DNA of 63,878 nucleotides, filler included, from Welwitschia mirabilis (lineage: Eukaryota), in assembly GCA_051453625.1 (NCBI GenBank). It is 4 parts of one record of this genome, joined end to end, with 100 filler letters (N's around TTAATTAATTAA, not from the genome) between each part and the next. Parts side by side here need not be neighbours in the genome. Positions count along the whole stretch, not along the records: positions 1 to 27,712 come from JBOZIK010000001.1; 3 more parts are not named here. One strand, given 5' to 3'. Below are positions 1-12,895 of this stretch, piece after piece (position 1 is the stretch's first letter; the number at the start of each line of letters is the position of its first letter). The notes beneath the pieces were generated by a model, which was not told the origin of the DNA, did not search any database, and was given only the letters and a program-made list of their open reading frames with translations. The position numbers were made by a program, and so were the translations under genes.

Positions 1-481
1 GCACTTATTAGAGGGATGTGTATTCTCCATTGAAACTTGGCTATTTTGTAACCCAGATTCTTATTACTTTTTAATACAAAAACCTTATTCTATTTTCATG
101 TTTGCATTGTAGATTTTCTGATGACCCTTATAGCCTATATTGCCCTTGATCTAGTGACAATTTCTTGGATGATATAGATTATTAAGGATAATCTTTGTTA
201 AATCTGAGAGCAAGTAGAATTAGTTCTATTTTTGCATTTACATTTAGAATAGTTACATTATGCATTATACCTTTTATTTTTAGTATTATTCTTTATTTCT
301 TATTCCTAGTATTCATTCGCAAGCACTCTAAGTCTCATACTCATAGACTTCAATGAGAATATGACATTTTGAGTCTACTTCCACTTATACTAGTGTGTTG
401 TGTTATAAAAGATATTTATTTATTTTATAATTAAAAAAATACTTTTAAGCCTAAGCACTTGCATAAATACACATCACAATA
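1..481 (+). mobile_element. 3' part of an Athila-like gypsy LTR, abutting a SIRE LTR
   Basis: Reverse complement of the LTR at 57070-57565 (gcactt...ctattttgtaacccagat). Ends ...gcataaatacacatcacaata, a decayed form of the family terminus ...CATCGCAACA. Confidence 0.75.
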
Positions 482-707
482 ATGCAATTCATTCTTATTT
501 CTACTTCAGGTGTAGTCGAATCCTTGAAAAGCTAGTTGATCTCATCTTAAGGGTAGATGAATTGACAAGTTTCTAGTACTTAGAAGTTAATAATTTCGGT
601 TTCTTCTTTCAACCTGTAAGTAATTTAACATCTTTTGTATAAGACACACAAAATTTGATATACAGAAAACATTAGTTTAACATTAATTGGCAAAATATAA
701 TCCAACA

Positions 708-720
708 ATCTCCTCCTTTG
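708..720 (-). promoter_or_regulatory. Polypurine tract of SIRE element
   Basis: Minus strand CAAAGGAGGAGAT directly precedes the LTR start TGTTGG and resembles the Sirevirus AAAGGGGGAGATTG PPT. Further PPT-like purine runs occur near 771-780 and ~1240. Confidence 0.7.
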
Positions 721-1299
721 ACATTGATGGTAAATAATACTTAGTTGTAAAAAATTAGAACTCTTAGAAAAACTTCCCCTTACAAAATGTCTATTTGCAA
801 AATAATATTCCTTTTGAAATAAGTAAAAGCATTTTGAACAAATAAATTTTATGTTTTAAATGAAATAATTTAATATGCACATTGAGAGTTTAAAAATCAC
901 AACTTTATGATAAGTATAATGTGATTATGTAAACTTATTTAACATTGAATCAGATGTTACAAATTATAGTTTTATTTCCAATGTTAAAGACTTTAAAATT
1001 TTTAAGTTAAGTACATATGATACCAAAATAAAAACATATTTAGCATATATGATTTATAAAAGCATAAATAGATTTAGGAAACAAAAAGAAACAAGATTTT
1101 TTGCTAAAATGGATAAGTTCATTTTATTATATATAAGTAAATATTACAATATTTACATGCAAGCATTACAAACTAGAAGTTCTCGTCAAGGGTATACAAC
1201 TAAAATCATATAAAAGACATTCAACAACATAACTAATTCTTCATCTTTTGACATCAATAATAAAGAAAAGAATATAAACATAAAACATAATTTACAAAC

Positions 1300-2026
1300 T
1301 TTAATTAGACTCCTCTTCTTCTTCTTCTTCTTCAAAGTCTTTCTCTAACTCTTTTTCATCATCTCCTATATGAGCTAAACTATTGGCCTTTGTTGAGGTG
1401 TCAGCAATATTATAACTAGCTGCAATGAGTGCTTTCTTCATGTATTTGATACAGGAATCAATCTATCTTAGATGTGAAAGAGTTTCATCAGGAGAGGCTT
1501 CCTTTGGAGAAGAAGAATTTGAAGATTTCTTAGAGAAAACAAAGATGTACATGCAATATAAGGTTGCACGCCTAATAGATTCCATAGGATAGAGGATCTC
1601 TAATTTCAAATGAAAGGTAATACAAAAATAATGAAAAATACTAGTAATAAGCATAAAGTAGGGTAAATCCCTAATTCTATGATACTCCAACTATGAAACC
1701 ATATTCTTTAGTATTATGGTAGGAACATCAATATAATGCTCAATCCATACCAAATTCATCAGATAGGCTCGATAGTAGGGGACCTTCTCATGATGGCCAT
1801 CTAAGGATAAGAAGTTATAGGTAAAAATCAAGTTTAATGAATAGTATTTTGTAGTTAATAATAAAGTAGATAGAGTGCGCTTCCAAGTATGCATCTTATC
1901 ATAGATTTTCCTAGTAATAGCAAGCTTGTCTTTCATAGTGTCTCGAAGAGGGCAAAACTCTTCATAGTTACTTCTTGAAAGGTCAGTTATCTCTGAAATT
2001 AGATTAGATGTTACTTTTATCCACTT
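1300..2026 (-). pseudogene. Extra 3' (env-like position) ORF relic of SIRE element
   Basis: ORF-track pieces 1691-1936 and 1463-1690 plus an acidic tail (EKELEKDFEEEEEEEES). Lies between the protease region and the PPT; its 5' part runs into the gap. Confidence 0.55.
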
Positions 2027-2344
2027 NNNNNNNNNNNNNNNNNNNNNNNNNNNNNNNNNNNNNNNNNNNNNNNNNNNNNNNNNNNNNNNNNNNNNNNNNN
2101 NNNNNNNNNNNNNNNNNNNNNNNNNNNNNNNNNNNNNNNNNNNNNNNNNNNNNNNNNNNNNNNNNNNNNNNNNNNNNNNNNNNNNNNNNNNNNNNNNNNN
2201 NNNNNNNNNNNNNNNNNNNNNNNNNNNNNNNNNNNNNNNNNNNNNNNNNNNNNNNNNNNNNNNNNNNNNNNNNNNNNNNNNNNNNNNNNNNNNNNNNNNN
2301 NNNNNNNNNNNNNNNNNNNNNNNNNNNNNNNNNNNNNNNNNNNN

Positions 2345-2405
<61 letters not shown>

Positions 2406-2849
2406 AGATCTAAGATATGAATAGGGCTAAAATATAATGAAATTAACTTACAGTCCTCTTTCTTTTATAAGTTATGTGTAATAAGGCAAAACAAAGAAAG
2501 AAATTAGGTCCATTGATGATACTTTTGCACTATGATCTATCAGGTCTAGTTGACCACTCGATATTCCAATCAATCTGTCGAGATGCAAGTCTATAGTACT
2601 AGAACAGGTCTAGATGACCAGGCTTTTAAGCCAGTCAATCGATCAAGTCCAGTCAACTGAATTATAGATCTGGTTGACTACCCTGCAATTAGTCAAGGAA
2701 TGATGACTAAACTCCAAATTATTTTCATGATTGCAAATTAAGTTATAGACATAGTGTGATACATCAGAATTCTCTAGAAAAAGTTTAGTTTTAGTAAGAT
2801 TTAAAGTAACATTGTAGTTTACATGAAATAATTGATCGATTAATTTAGT

Positions 2850-4430
2850 ATTTATTATATAAATATTATCCACTTATTTTGTAGAAAAGATAAAAACATT
2901 TGTTTTCTTATCTGCAACTTCACATTTTAATTTTTCAAAAATTACTTTGTAACCTTTGTCATATAATTAACTCACATTCAATAAATTATGTTTCAATCCA
3001 TTAACATTAAGGACATCATCAAGTTTGGATAACTTACCTCCCTTGATGCATCCTATACCTTCTATCTTTGCCTTTTCGTTGTTTCTAAAAATAACTTCTT
3101 CTTCATTTGTACTTCTCAATTATTGAAAGTTCAGTTTTTTTTTCTGACATATGTCTTGAGAGATCACTATCTAGATACCAATTATCTATACTTATTCCTC
3201 TAAGAGATATTTGTATTAGAAACCTTTGAATATTATTAGCTCTAACTCACTTAGTCTTATTAGACTTAGGCAGTACACTTTTCTTAGAATTGAATTTAAA
3301 AGGTAAAGTATTTGTAGTTTCTAAAAAAAGCATTAATTATCTAATTTTGCAAAAAATCTTTAAATGACTAAATTTACCATAAAAATTACATTAAAGTTTA
3401 GAAGTATACTTGCTCTTCTAGTTTACCTATTCTTAAGATTTTTGTGAACTAAAGCCAATATTTGATCTTTTTCCAGTAGGTTTTCGCACTTCAAGCATCT
3501 GTTACAATTTAAAAGAGCTACCAAAGAATTTATTTAAAAAAAAAGAAAGATCTTTTACCTAAGAAATTAAGCTGATGTTGTCAGATTTTATCATATTATA
3601 TTTCTCTTCTAATTCCTCCTTTTATTTAGTGATAGTTTTCACTGTCTTGTTTAAGTCATTTATCATCTTAGCTAGCTTTTTACATTCCTCATAAAACTCC
3701 TAACATGTGTTTTCTAACTTATCTTGTTTTTTATTAATCATATCCAAATCATCGAGTACTAACATGTTAGGAACATCTTTGAGTAATAACATAAAAGCCA
3801 TGAAGAACAACCTTCTATCTCTGTCTAATTCTTGATCTGAGTAGCTTTTATCATCATCAACATATTCATTATTCTATGTAGCAATGAATGAGGGATTCTT
3901 TGATTTTCTGTTATCTCTCCTTATGCTAGGGCACTCATTTTCCATATGACAAAATCCTTTACATGAGTAGCATTAGATCTCTTTACTTTTTTCTTGCTCC
4001 TTTATATGTTTTAATTGACTCCTTTTTGTAGTTCTACTTTATTTTCATTCCTTTTTCTTTCTATAAAGAAATTTTTTGAATCTTCTAGCTAGAAGATCCA
4101 CTTCATCATCATCTAATTCCTCATATAATCTATTTGATATATAGTCTTTCTACATACATTTTAAAGCATAACCTTTCTTCTTATCTTTAATAAATTTGAG
4201 CTTATAGGTTTGCAAATTATGTTGAAGTTCTTATAGTACCATTGCATTAATGTTTTTTCTCTCTTTGATGGCTGTGATCTTTGGTTTGAATCTCTTCGGT
4301 AGGGATTTTAATACTTTTCTTACCACTTTTTTTTGCTCCATTCATTCTTTAAAGCTTGCCATTAAGTTTATAATATTAGTAAGTTTAGCAAAAACTTCTT
4401 GTAATATCTCTTCTTCATCCATATGGATAT
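2850..4430 (-). pseudogene. Copia gag (zinc knuckles) and aspartic protease relic, copy 1
   Basis: KVLKSLPKRFKPKITAIKE, CYSCKGFCHMENECP knuckle, WYLDSD.SRHM protease motif (~3150-3180), NLLNVS motif; many stops. Confidence 0.85.
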
Positions 4431-4530
4431 NNNNNNNNNNNNNNNNNNNNNNNNNNNNNNNNNNNNNNNNNNNNNNNNNNNNNNNNNNNNNNNNNNNNNN
4501 NNNNNNNNNNNNNNNNNNNNNNNNNNNNNN

Positions 4531-4666
4531 CATAGACTTCAATGAAAAATGACATTTCAGGTCTACTCCCATTATATTAGTGATGCATTATGTAAGATAT
4601 CTATTTTGATTATAAATGATAGGATCTCTTTGAATGTAAAAACTTACACAAATACACACCATAACA
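4531..4666 (+). mobile_element. 3' end of Athila-like LTR inserted in SIRE copy 2
   Basis: Closely matches the reverse complement of 57070-57210 (gatatctattttgattataaatga.aggatctctttgaatgtaaaaactt); ends ...ccataaca. Confidence 0.8.
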
Positions 4667-5299
4667 ACTTGTCAATGTCTTCCTTAGACATTCCCTAGTA
4701 GAAAATAGCAGGATCCCTTAAAGGATCTTCCTTCACTCTTCTTCTGGATGAGCTTTCATCCATTTTAAAGACTTCATAAGTAAGAAAAATAAGATAAAAA
4801 TACTATATCTAAGAGAAAATCTATAAATCTTGAAGATAGATGTCTAGATCTAAGAGATTGAGAGGGCTATAACATAATAAAATCAATTTAGGGTTCTCTT
4901 TCTTTTATATACTATGCATAATAAGATGAAATGAAAAAAGAAATTGGGTTCATCAATGGTACTTCTGCACTGTGATCTATCAAGTCCAGTCAACTGTTCA
5001 AGATTCTAGTCGACTTATTGAGACACAAGTCTATAGTACTGAAAGGAGTCTGGGTAACTAGGCTTTTAGGCTAGTCGACTAACCACATCTAGTTGACTAA
5101 ATTATAAATATGATCAACCATCCTATAATCAACTAAAGGATGGCAAATGAATCCTTAGTTAATTTTCATGATTGACAAGTAAATTTCAAACATGAGGTAT
5201 TACATTAGAACTTTTTAGAAAACATTAAAATTTATCAAAATTTAAGCTCATATTTTCTTTTTCATATTATAGCTTGTATGATTTAACTGATCGATCAAA

Positions 5300-7295
5300 T
5301 AAATATCTATTTAATAAATATTATCTACTTGATTTTTAGTAAAGATAGCAATATTTGTTTCCTCATCTATCATATTAAATTTTGATTTTCCAAATATTAC
5401 TTTGTTACCTTCATCACATAATTGACTAATGCTCAATAAATTATGTTTCAACCTATTTACATAAAGCATATTATCAAGTTTAGATAATTTACCTTTCTTA
5501 ATGCATCCTGTACCTTCTATCTTTGCCCTTTTATTATTTTCAAAGATGACTTCTCCTCAATTTGTACTACTTAGGTGCTAAAATTTTAATTTTTCTCTAA
5601 ACATATGCCTTGAGAATCCATTGTCTAGATACAAAATATTTGTACTCAGTTCTCTGAGAACTATTTTTGTTAGAAAACTTTTAAGATTGTTAGCTCTAAC
5701 CTACTTAGTATTATTAGACTTAGGTGGTACATTTCTTTTAGGAATAAATTTAAATGGTAAAGAATTTATAGTTTCTAAAAAAAAGCATTAATTATCTAAT
5801 TTTACAAAAAACTTTTAAATAATAAAATTTACCACAAAATTTATATGAACATTTAGAAGCATACTTACTCTTCTAATTTACCTAGTCTTGTGATTTTTGT
5901 GTACTAAAGTCAAAACCTAATCTATCTCCAGTAGGTTTTCACAATCCAAGAAACTATTGTAATTTAGAAGAAATACCAAAAAATTTATTTACAAAAAAAG
6001 AAATATCCTTTACTTAAGACATTAGACTAGTATTGTTAGATTTTAGTACATTATATTTCACTTCCATTTCCTCCTTTTCTTTGATGAGATTTTTTACTAC
6101 TCTGTTTAGATCATTTATCTTCGTAGCTAGCTTTTCACATTCATCATATAGCTCCCAACATATGTCTTCTAACTCATTCTCTTCTTCATTAATCATGTCC
6201 AAATCATTAGCCTCTAATATTATAGGAACATCTTTGAGTGATGGCACAATGGACATGAAAGAGAATCTTCTATCTCTATCTAATTATTGATCTAAGTATC
6301 TTTCATCATCATCATCATCTTCATTATCCCATGTGATAATAAATAAAGGATTCTTTGATTTTTTGTTATCTCTCCTTGTGTTGTAGCACTCATTTTTTAT
6401 ATAGCCAAATCCTTTACATGAGTAGAATTATATCTCTTTACCTTCTTCTTGATCCTTTCTATGTTTTAGATGACTCCTTTTGGAATTTCTACTTAATCCT
6501 CCTTCCTTTTTCTTCCTATGAATAAATTTTCTAAATCTTTTGGCTAGAAAATATAATTCATTATTGTCTAAGTCCTCCTCTGGTCTTTTAGATCTATAGC
6601 CTTCCTACACACATTTTAAAGTAATACCTTTCTTCTTATCTTTAACAAATTTAAGCTCATAGCTTTGCAAATTATCTTGAATTTTTTCAATGCCATTGCA
6701 TTTATGTTTTTGCTCTCCTTATTGGCTATGATCTTTGGTTTGAATATCTTGGGTAGGAATCTCAAGACTTTTCTTATAACCTTTCCTTCATCTAAGAATT
6801 CTCTAAGACTTTCCATAGAGTTTACAATATCAGTGAGTTTAGAAAGGAATTTTCATAAGATCTCCTCTTCATTCATATGGATATCTTCAGATCTTGAAAT
6901 AAGCATCTGAAGTTTTACTTACTTTACAATTAAGATTATTTTTTGTGCTACTTCAAGAATATTCTAAGCTTTCTTAGCATGATTATAGTTTACTATGTAC
7001 TTAACCTTATCTGCACAGACTGCACAAAATATGGCATTAAGGCATGGGCATCTATGGTGGCTTTTGACTTATCAGTGAAGGTTCCTTAATCTCGGGCTTT
7101 AGGAACTAGAATAATATTTTCATTAACATCAGCTTCGGTTAATATAGGCACAATGTAACCTTTGCAAATGGCTTTTTCTATGTTGACATCTAAATATCTT
7201 AGAAATATTCTCATCCTAGCTTTCTACTAAGCATAGTTTAACCCATTAAATATAGGTAGATGACCAATGGAAAAACCATCAGATGGATTACTCAT
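5300..7295 (-). pseudogene. Copia gag-protease relic, copy 2
   Basis: N-terminus MSNPSDGFSIGHLPIFNGLNYA**KARMRIFL (copia gag PxFxGxNYxxWKxRM), KVLRFLPKIFKPKI, CCHC-type knuckle at ~6385-6430, YLDNG.SRHM protease, NLLSISQLCD. Confidence 0.88.
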
Positions 7296-7346
7296 TTTAG
7301 GGTTCTAAGGTTAAGATTAGTTAAAATCTATAAAAGACTCAACTTA

Positions 7347-7358
7347 GCTCTAATACTA
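7347..7358 (-). promoter_or_regulatory. Primer-binding site (tRNA-iMet), decayed
   Basis: Minus strand TAGTATTAGAGC equals TGGTATCAGAGC with two transitions, 2 nt from the LTR end at 7361. Confidence 0.85.
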
Positions 7359-7360
7359 AA

Positions 7361-8967
7361 TGATAGGATCGAGAACCTTGGAGGGGGGAGGAGAGGGATG
7401 AATAGGTTCTTTAAAATTCCAACATAATAATCTAAATGAATCTAACCTAAAATAGAACTTGCATACTAATCTATAATGTGCATAATATGAGAAAATATTG
7501 GAATTAAAGAAATAAAACTAAAAGCACAAAAATATCAATTTGATACAAGCTATATTTATAACGGTTTGAAAAACCTCCTACTTGACTCTCAATGATTAGC
7601 TTAACCCTAAGCTAGATCTCGGATCTTCATTACTCTATCAAGTATTTCAAGTTCACTTATAACCTTTACAAATGGACTTTTAAGGCTTCGTCTCAACTTT
7701 TAGAATAGACTTTTTAAGACTTAGTCTCAACCTTTAGAAAGGACTTTTCAAGGCTTAGTATTAACCTTTAGAGAAGACTTTTTAATGCTTAGTCTTAACT
7801 TTTAGAATAGAATTTTTAAGGCTTAGTCTAAACCCTTCACAAAGTAAGAGATGCCTTTAGAGCATGGATATCACTCATTCTTGAATTAGTAAATTAGATG
7901 TAGCTCTCTTGCTATAGAAGTAAAACAAATGAAACTCTTAATCCAATCTTGAATGTAGAAAGGATGCCCATATTAGATCTCCTTTGGTAAAAAATATAAA
8001 TACCAAGATATAATAGAGAAATTCATCTAAATGCAATGCTTAATCCTTTAAATTCAATAGATTTATCTAAATAAAAATGGTTCTAAAAGATTCTTTAGTT
8101 ATCTATGTCTTATTTATTTATATTGGAAGGCTTTTAGGGTTTATTACATTTGACATGCATTTCCAATGGATATAAATGGCTAGAAAATGACTACTTAATG
8201 ACTATATAATAGATACATAACATTTAGAAAATTTTTAATTCTATTCTATTTGGTTAACTCCACAAAAATTTGGTCGACTCCATGTGGTGCCATGAGTTAC
8301 ATAGGTCACTTGAGTAAGAAATTTAATCATCTCAATTTCTTATGGTTCCCTATTTGGTCAATTCCATCTGGATCTGATTGACCCCAATCTGGTCACCCAT
8401 TACTTTATTCAATCACTCGCTCCTCTGATAAAATTACTTTCTAGTTTTTTGTATTAAGTCCAGCTGATCCCTTGAGATATCCGATCAACCCCATGATGAT
8501 CAGCTCAGGCATATTAGCTATATAGTACTTAGGTCTGGTCGACTCCATCATAGGTTCGGTCAACCCTATTATAGGTCTAGTTGACCACTTATCATTTAGT
8601 CTAGGGATACTATTTATCAGGTCTTCAAATCTAGTCTACCCTATAAAGATATGATTAACCCCTTTCCATTCGATTCAGGACACTAGTTCTCAAGGTTACA
8701 GGTCTGGTTGACCTCATCAAAACTATGATCAACCCCTCTAGATGTAGTTCATTCTTCTATCTGCTTTAGATGCAGTCAACCCCTTGAAAATCTGGTTGAC
8801 CTCATCTTAAGGGTAGATGAACTAACAAGTTTCTACTACTTAGAAGTTGATGATTTTGATTTTCTCTTTCAACCTGCAAGTAATTTAATATCTTATGTAC
8901 AAGATACATAAAATTTTTTATACAAAAAATATTAGTTTAATATCAATTAATAAAATATAATCTAATA
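7361..8967 (-). repeat. SIRE 5' LTR (~1.6 kb)
   Basis: 3' end ...CTATTCATCCCTCTCC...ATCCTATCA (Sirevirus-type C-rich end motif), TATA near 8115-8122, GTCGAC-core repeated motifs upstream of the TATA, ~33-bp tandem repeats at 7660-7840. Confidence 0.85.
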
Positions 8968-10421
8968 GATCACATTAGAAGTAGATAGATAAAAATGAAC
9001 TACATCTAGAAGGGTCGACTAGATTTTTGAATGAGTTGAACAAATCTATAACCTTGAAGAACCAGTGTCCCTGAACTGAATGGAAAGGGATCAACTGAAC
9101 CTTATGAGGTTAACTAGATTTAAGAACTTGATAAATAGTATTCTTGGACTAAATGGCAAGAGGTCGACTAGACCTATGATGGGGTCGACTGGATCTATAA
9201 ATGAAGGAATAGTACTCCTAACCTGATTATCAAGGAGTCGACTAAACCTATAATGGGGTCAACTAAACTTGAGCACTGTGTAACTGATACTTCTAAGCTG
9301 ATCATCATTGGGTCTACAGGATACCTTAAGGGGACAACTAGACCTGATGCTGAAAACTATAAAGAATTTTATTAGGAGAAGCAGGTGATCGGATAATATA
9401 ATAAACAACCTGACTGGGGGTGACCAGACCCATATGGGGTTGACTGGACATGGAGCTGTAAGAAATTAGGATGACCAAAATTCTCACTCAAGCAACCTGT
9501 GTAAGTTACGATACTAAATAGGGTCGACTAGACTTTTGAAAAGTCGACTAAACAAAATGGAAGTAAAATTTTTTAATTATTATGTATCCATTATGTAGCC
9601 ATTGGATAGCCATTTTTTAGCTATTTATAGCCATTTGAAGTACATTCCAAATGTAATAAATCCTAAAAGTCTTCCAATATAAATATTTAAGACATAGATT
9701 AGTAAATAATCTTTTGAAACTATTTTCAATTACATAAATCTATTAGTTTGAAAGAATTAAGTACTATAATATTGTGACATTCATTGTTGTATCTTAGCAT
9801 CTATACTTCTGATCAAAGAAGATCTATCATCTATATTATCTCTGCATTCAAGATTTGATCCTATGCTTCATCTAGTTTTTACATCCATAGGAAAAGAGCT
9901 TCATTAAATCTACTGAATCAAGAATGTGTGATATCTCTGCACTATTAACATTATTACATCACTACTTTGCTTTATGAAAGGTTGAGACTAAGCCTTAAAA
10001 AGTCTATTTAAAGGTTGAGATTAAGCCTTGAAAAGTTCATTCAAAGATTAAGATTAAGCCTTGAAAAATCCATTCAAAGGTTGAGACTAAGCCTAGAAAA
10101 GTTTGTTTGTAAAGGTTATAGATAAACCTGGAATACTTAGTGGAGTAACGAAGATCTGAGATCTAGCTTGGTGATAAGCTGATCATCGAGAGTAGAATAG
10201 GGGGTTTCTTAAACTAACATAAATTTGGTATGCATCTATTTGGTATTTTTATGCTTTCAATTATTATTTCTTTACTTCTATTATTTTTTTATTTCATACA
10301 TGTTTTGAATTAGTTATTTATTATATGCAAGTTTTGTTTAGAGTTGGATTTATTTAGAATATTGTGTTGCATATGTTTAAAGAACCTATTCATCCCTTCT
10401 CTATGGTTATCGATCCTATCA
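8968..10421 (+). repeat. SIRE LTR, 5'-truncated, opposite orientation (solo or 3' LTR)
   Basis: Reverse-complement match to 7361-8770; TATA ccaatataaata at ~9675; ~33-bp repeats aaaggttgagactaagccttgaaaag at 9978-10120; ends gatcctatCA with no PBS after it. Confidence 0.85.
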
Positions 10422-11801
10422 ATGGAAATGTCTAAAAATTGAATGAATCCAATCTTACCAGTATAAAATGCCTAAGTATAAATACTAGTCATAGAAAAAT
10501 TTATAAAGCAATATCTAAGTAAGTTTAAAAGATGATCAAGTGATATCATAACATCCACCAAAGAAATAAGCTAATAAAGAACTTAAATAATAATAGGAAG
10601 GAAGTCCTCCTCATTAAGGGGACCTTCAAAACAAGTGCTTTTACTATGTTTATAGTTACATTAAAAGATCCTTTATATAGCTTCAATTATTATCTATTAA
10701 CCTTTTGAATATCCTTAGTCTTTAAGTTTGAAATCTTAATAGAGCCATTAGAATGTATTCTAAAAGATAAGAACTTAACCATTTAAAGATTAACTATTAT
10801 TAAAAAAATGTACTCTAGTGTTGTATAAAAGAATAAGTTAACTTGATTTAAACTATTTATAAAATATCTTTTTATTACATTTGAACTTAGCTTAGGATTT
10901 ATGGATTAGTTGATGATGTAAAGCACAAGTTTATTTTTATCAAGTTAATCTCATTGGGCTAACCTATGTTTAAGGTTTTTATGAAAGTTCATAAGATTAA
11001 GTTTATGAGAAGCATGATAAAAGTTATATCACATATCAACAGGTAAAACATAAACCTTTCCATACATAGTTCATAAGATGAAAAACCAAGAGAAGTACAT
11101 CAAATAGTACGATAAAACTAAAGAACATCATTAATCCTAGAAGACCAAGATTTCTTATTAATAGAGACAAGTTTTTGTAACATTTTTAAAATTTCTCTAT
11201 TGGCATTTTCAGCCTGTCCATTAGTCTAAGGAGATAAGCATAAGCTACTCTATATTTTATTCCAATAAATAAAAGAAGTTTTCTAAAAAGCTAATTAATA
11301 AAAAGAGATTCTTAATCATGAATGATAATTTTAGGAAAACCAAATATCTAAAAAACATGAGTTCTAAGAAAGTGACAAATAGTTCAGGCATCATTGAAAG
11401 AAGTATGAATAACTTTTATTCATTTAGTCACATAATCTACAATGCTAAAATGTACTGTTTATTAAAATAAGATAGGTATATAGGATCTATAAAATTAATA
11501 CCCGAACAATGAAAAAGTTCACACTTAAAAATAGATCTAAGGGGCATCTCCTAAGAATGAATAAAGCTATCATAATACTGACAAGGGTCACACCTTCTAG
11601 CAAAATCAAAAGAATCCTGAAAAAAAGTAGGATAATAAAAACTAGAATGGAAAATTTTCATAAATGTTTTCTATCCACTAAAGTGTTCTCTATAAACATT
11701 ACCATGATAAAGATAAAGGATTTCAAATTTTTTCCAATCACACATATATTTTCTTATAATTTGATCTTTATACCTATGATAAAAATGTAACTCTATCCAT
11801 T
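10422..11801 (-). mobile_element. Athila-like gypsy relic A: integrase 3' part and downstream region
   Basis: Collinear with 20700-22080 and 16700-17476; FELFHCSGINFI, DYVTK, AYLL.TNGQAENANREI integrase motifs. Confidence 0.8.
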
Positions 11802-12895
11802 TGTTGTGATATGTATTGATGCAATATTTACATGTTGAGTAGAATCCGATTAATCAAAAATAATAATGCATAAGCATAACACACTAATATAGATAAGAGT
11901 TAACCTGAATGTCATAATCTGTCAAAGGTCAAAGTAGGGAATAAGAGATTTTCTTTCAAAAGAGAAATGCTTGTATCCTAATCTACAAAAATTGGTTATA
12001 ATGCATGAAAAAAGGTTAAAAACACTCATGCAAAGCTAATCTAGGAAAAGAAAATAACAGTGTACTTAACCTAAGTTAACCAAGCACAAATTTGATAAAG
12101 ATTACCCTCATAACCTATATCACAAGAGAAACTATCACCAGATGTTAAGAAACATAAGCCATGAAGGAGAGACACATTTACACATTGAAGCATAAAAAGA
12201 AAATATTTTGTATTAAGAATCAAAATGCATCCATATTACAAAGTAGCCACACCTCAATGGAGGAAATGCTGTCCAACATCAAGGAAACATCTCTCTAAAA
12301 CTATAGGATGGATCTCTAGCCGTTCAATCTTCTGTCACAAGAATTTCAAATGCAAATGAAGATAAGAAAGAGTCGAGGGTGAGATCTCTATTTATTGACT
12401 AAAAACAAACAATAACAAAGATAGAAAGACATGGGTAAATCATAATGGCCATACAAAAAGGAAACAAAGATACAAGTGGTTAAATTTTAGTGAATATTTA
12501 CTATAAACATTACAATAGTATTATCTAGCTGATCATCTGGATAATAGAGAAGATGATGCTATCTTATAATTGATCCACATTAGCTACCTATTAGACTTCA
12601 GTCACCATCCAATTGGCATGGTCGTCTGTCGAGTCATCCATATGATGAGATGGATGATGGCCTTCAATAATTCTTTAGTTATTACATTAGCTTTAATATT
12701 TGTATGAAATCTTCTTCAGAAATATAAAGTATTCATATTTATTCAGAATGCTTGTAAATTATCATGGAGATTGCATATTTCCATCCTTTTTATCTTAACT
12801 CTTCATTATCACAAAAACCAAGCATTTACTTATTTATTTACCTATAAAATAACTTATAATATCCTATCAAATATGTGTAAGTTAATAGCATAACA
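11802..12895 (-). repeat. Athila-like 3' LTR (~1.1 kb)
   Basis: Minus strand starts TGTTA and ends CACAACA; homologous to 26935-27636 and to LTR starts at 27637 and 42605; preceded by a PPT at ~12898-12910. Confidence 0.82.

Larger units (their letters stand above)
482..4430 (-). mobile_element. SIRE-lineage Ty1/copia element copy 1 (3' LTR part, PPT, extra ORF, gag-protease relic; no INT/RT/RH)
   Basis: 482-707 matches LTR 8740-8967 and starts TGTTGGA on the minus strand. PPT caaaggaggagat adjoins it. The gag/PR relic 2850-4430 is collinear with 5300-6890. Confidence 0.8.
4667..8967 (-). mobile_element. SIRE-lineage Ty1/copia element copy 2 (5' LTR, PBS, gag-protease, internal motif cluster, start of extra ORF)
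   Basis: LTR 7361-8967, decayed tRNA-Met PBS, gag start at 7295, protease at ~5600, then non-coding DNA without integrase. Confidence 0.85.

Noticed and set aside
2345..2403. Long poly-A / poly-Lys ORF
   Set aside because: Borders an N gap and has no counterpart in the paralogous copy; probably a sequencing or assembly artefact rather than a retroposon tail.
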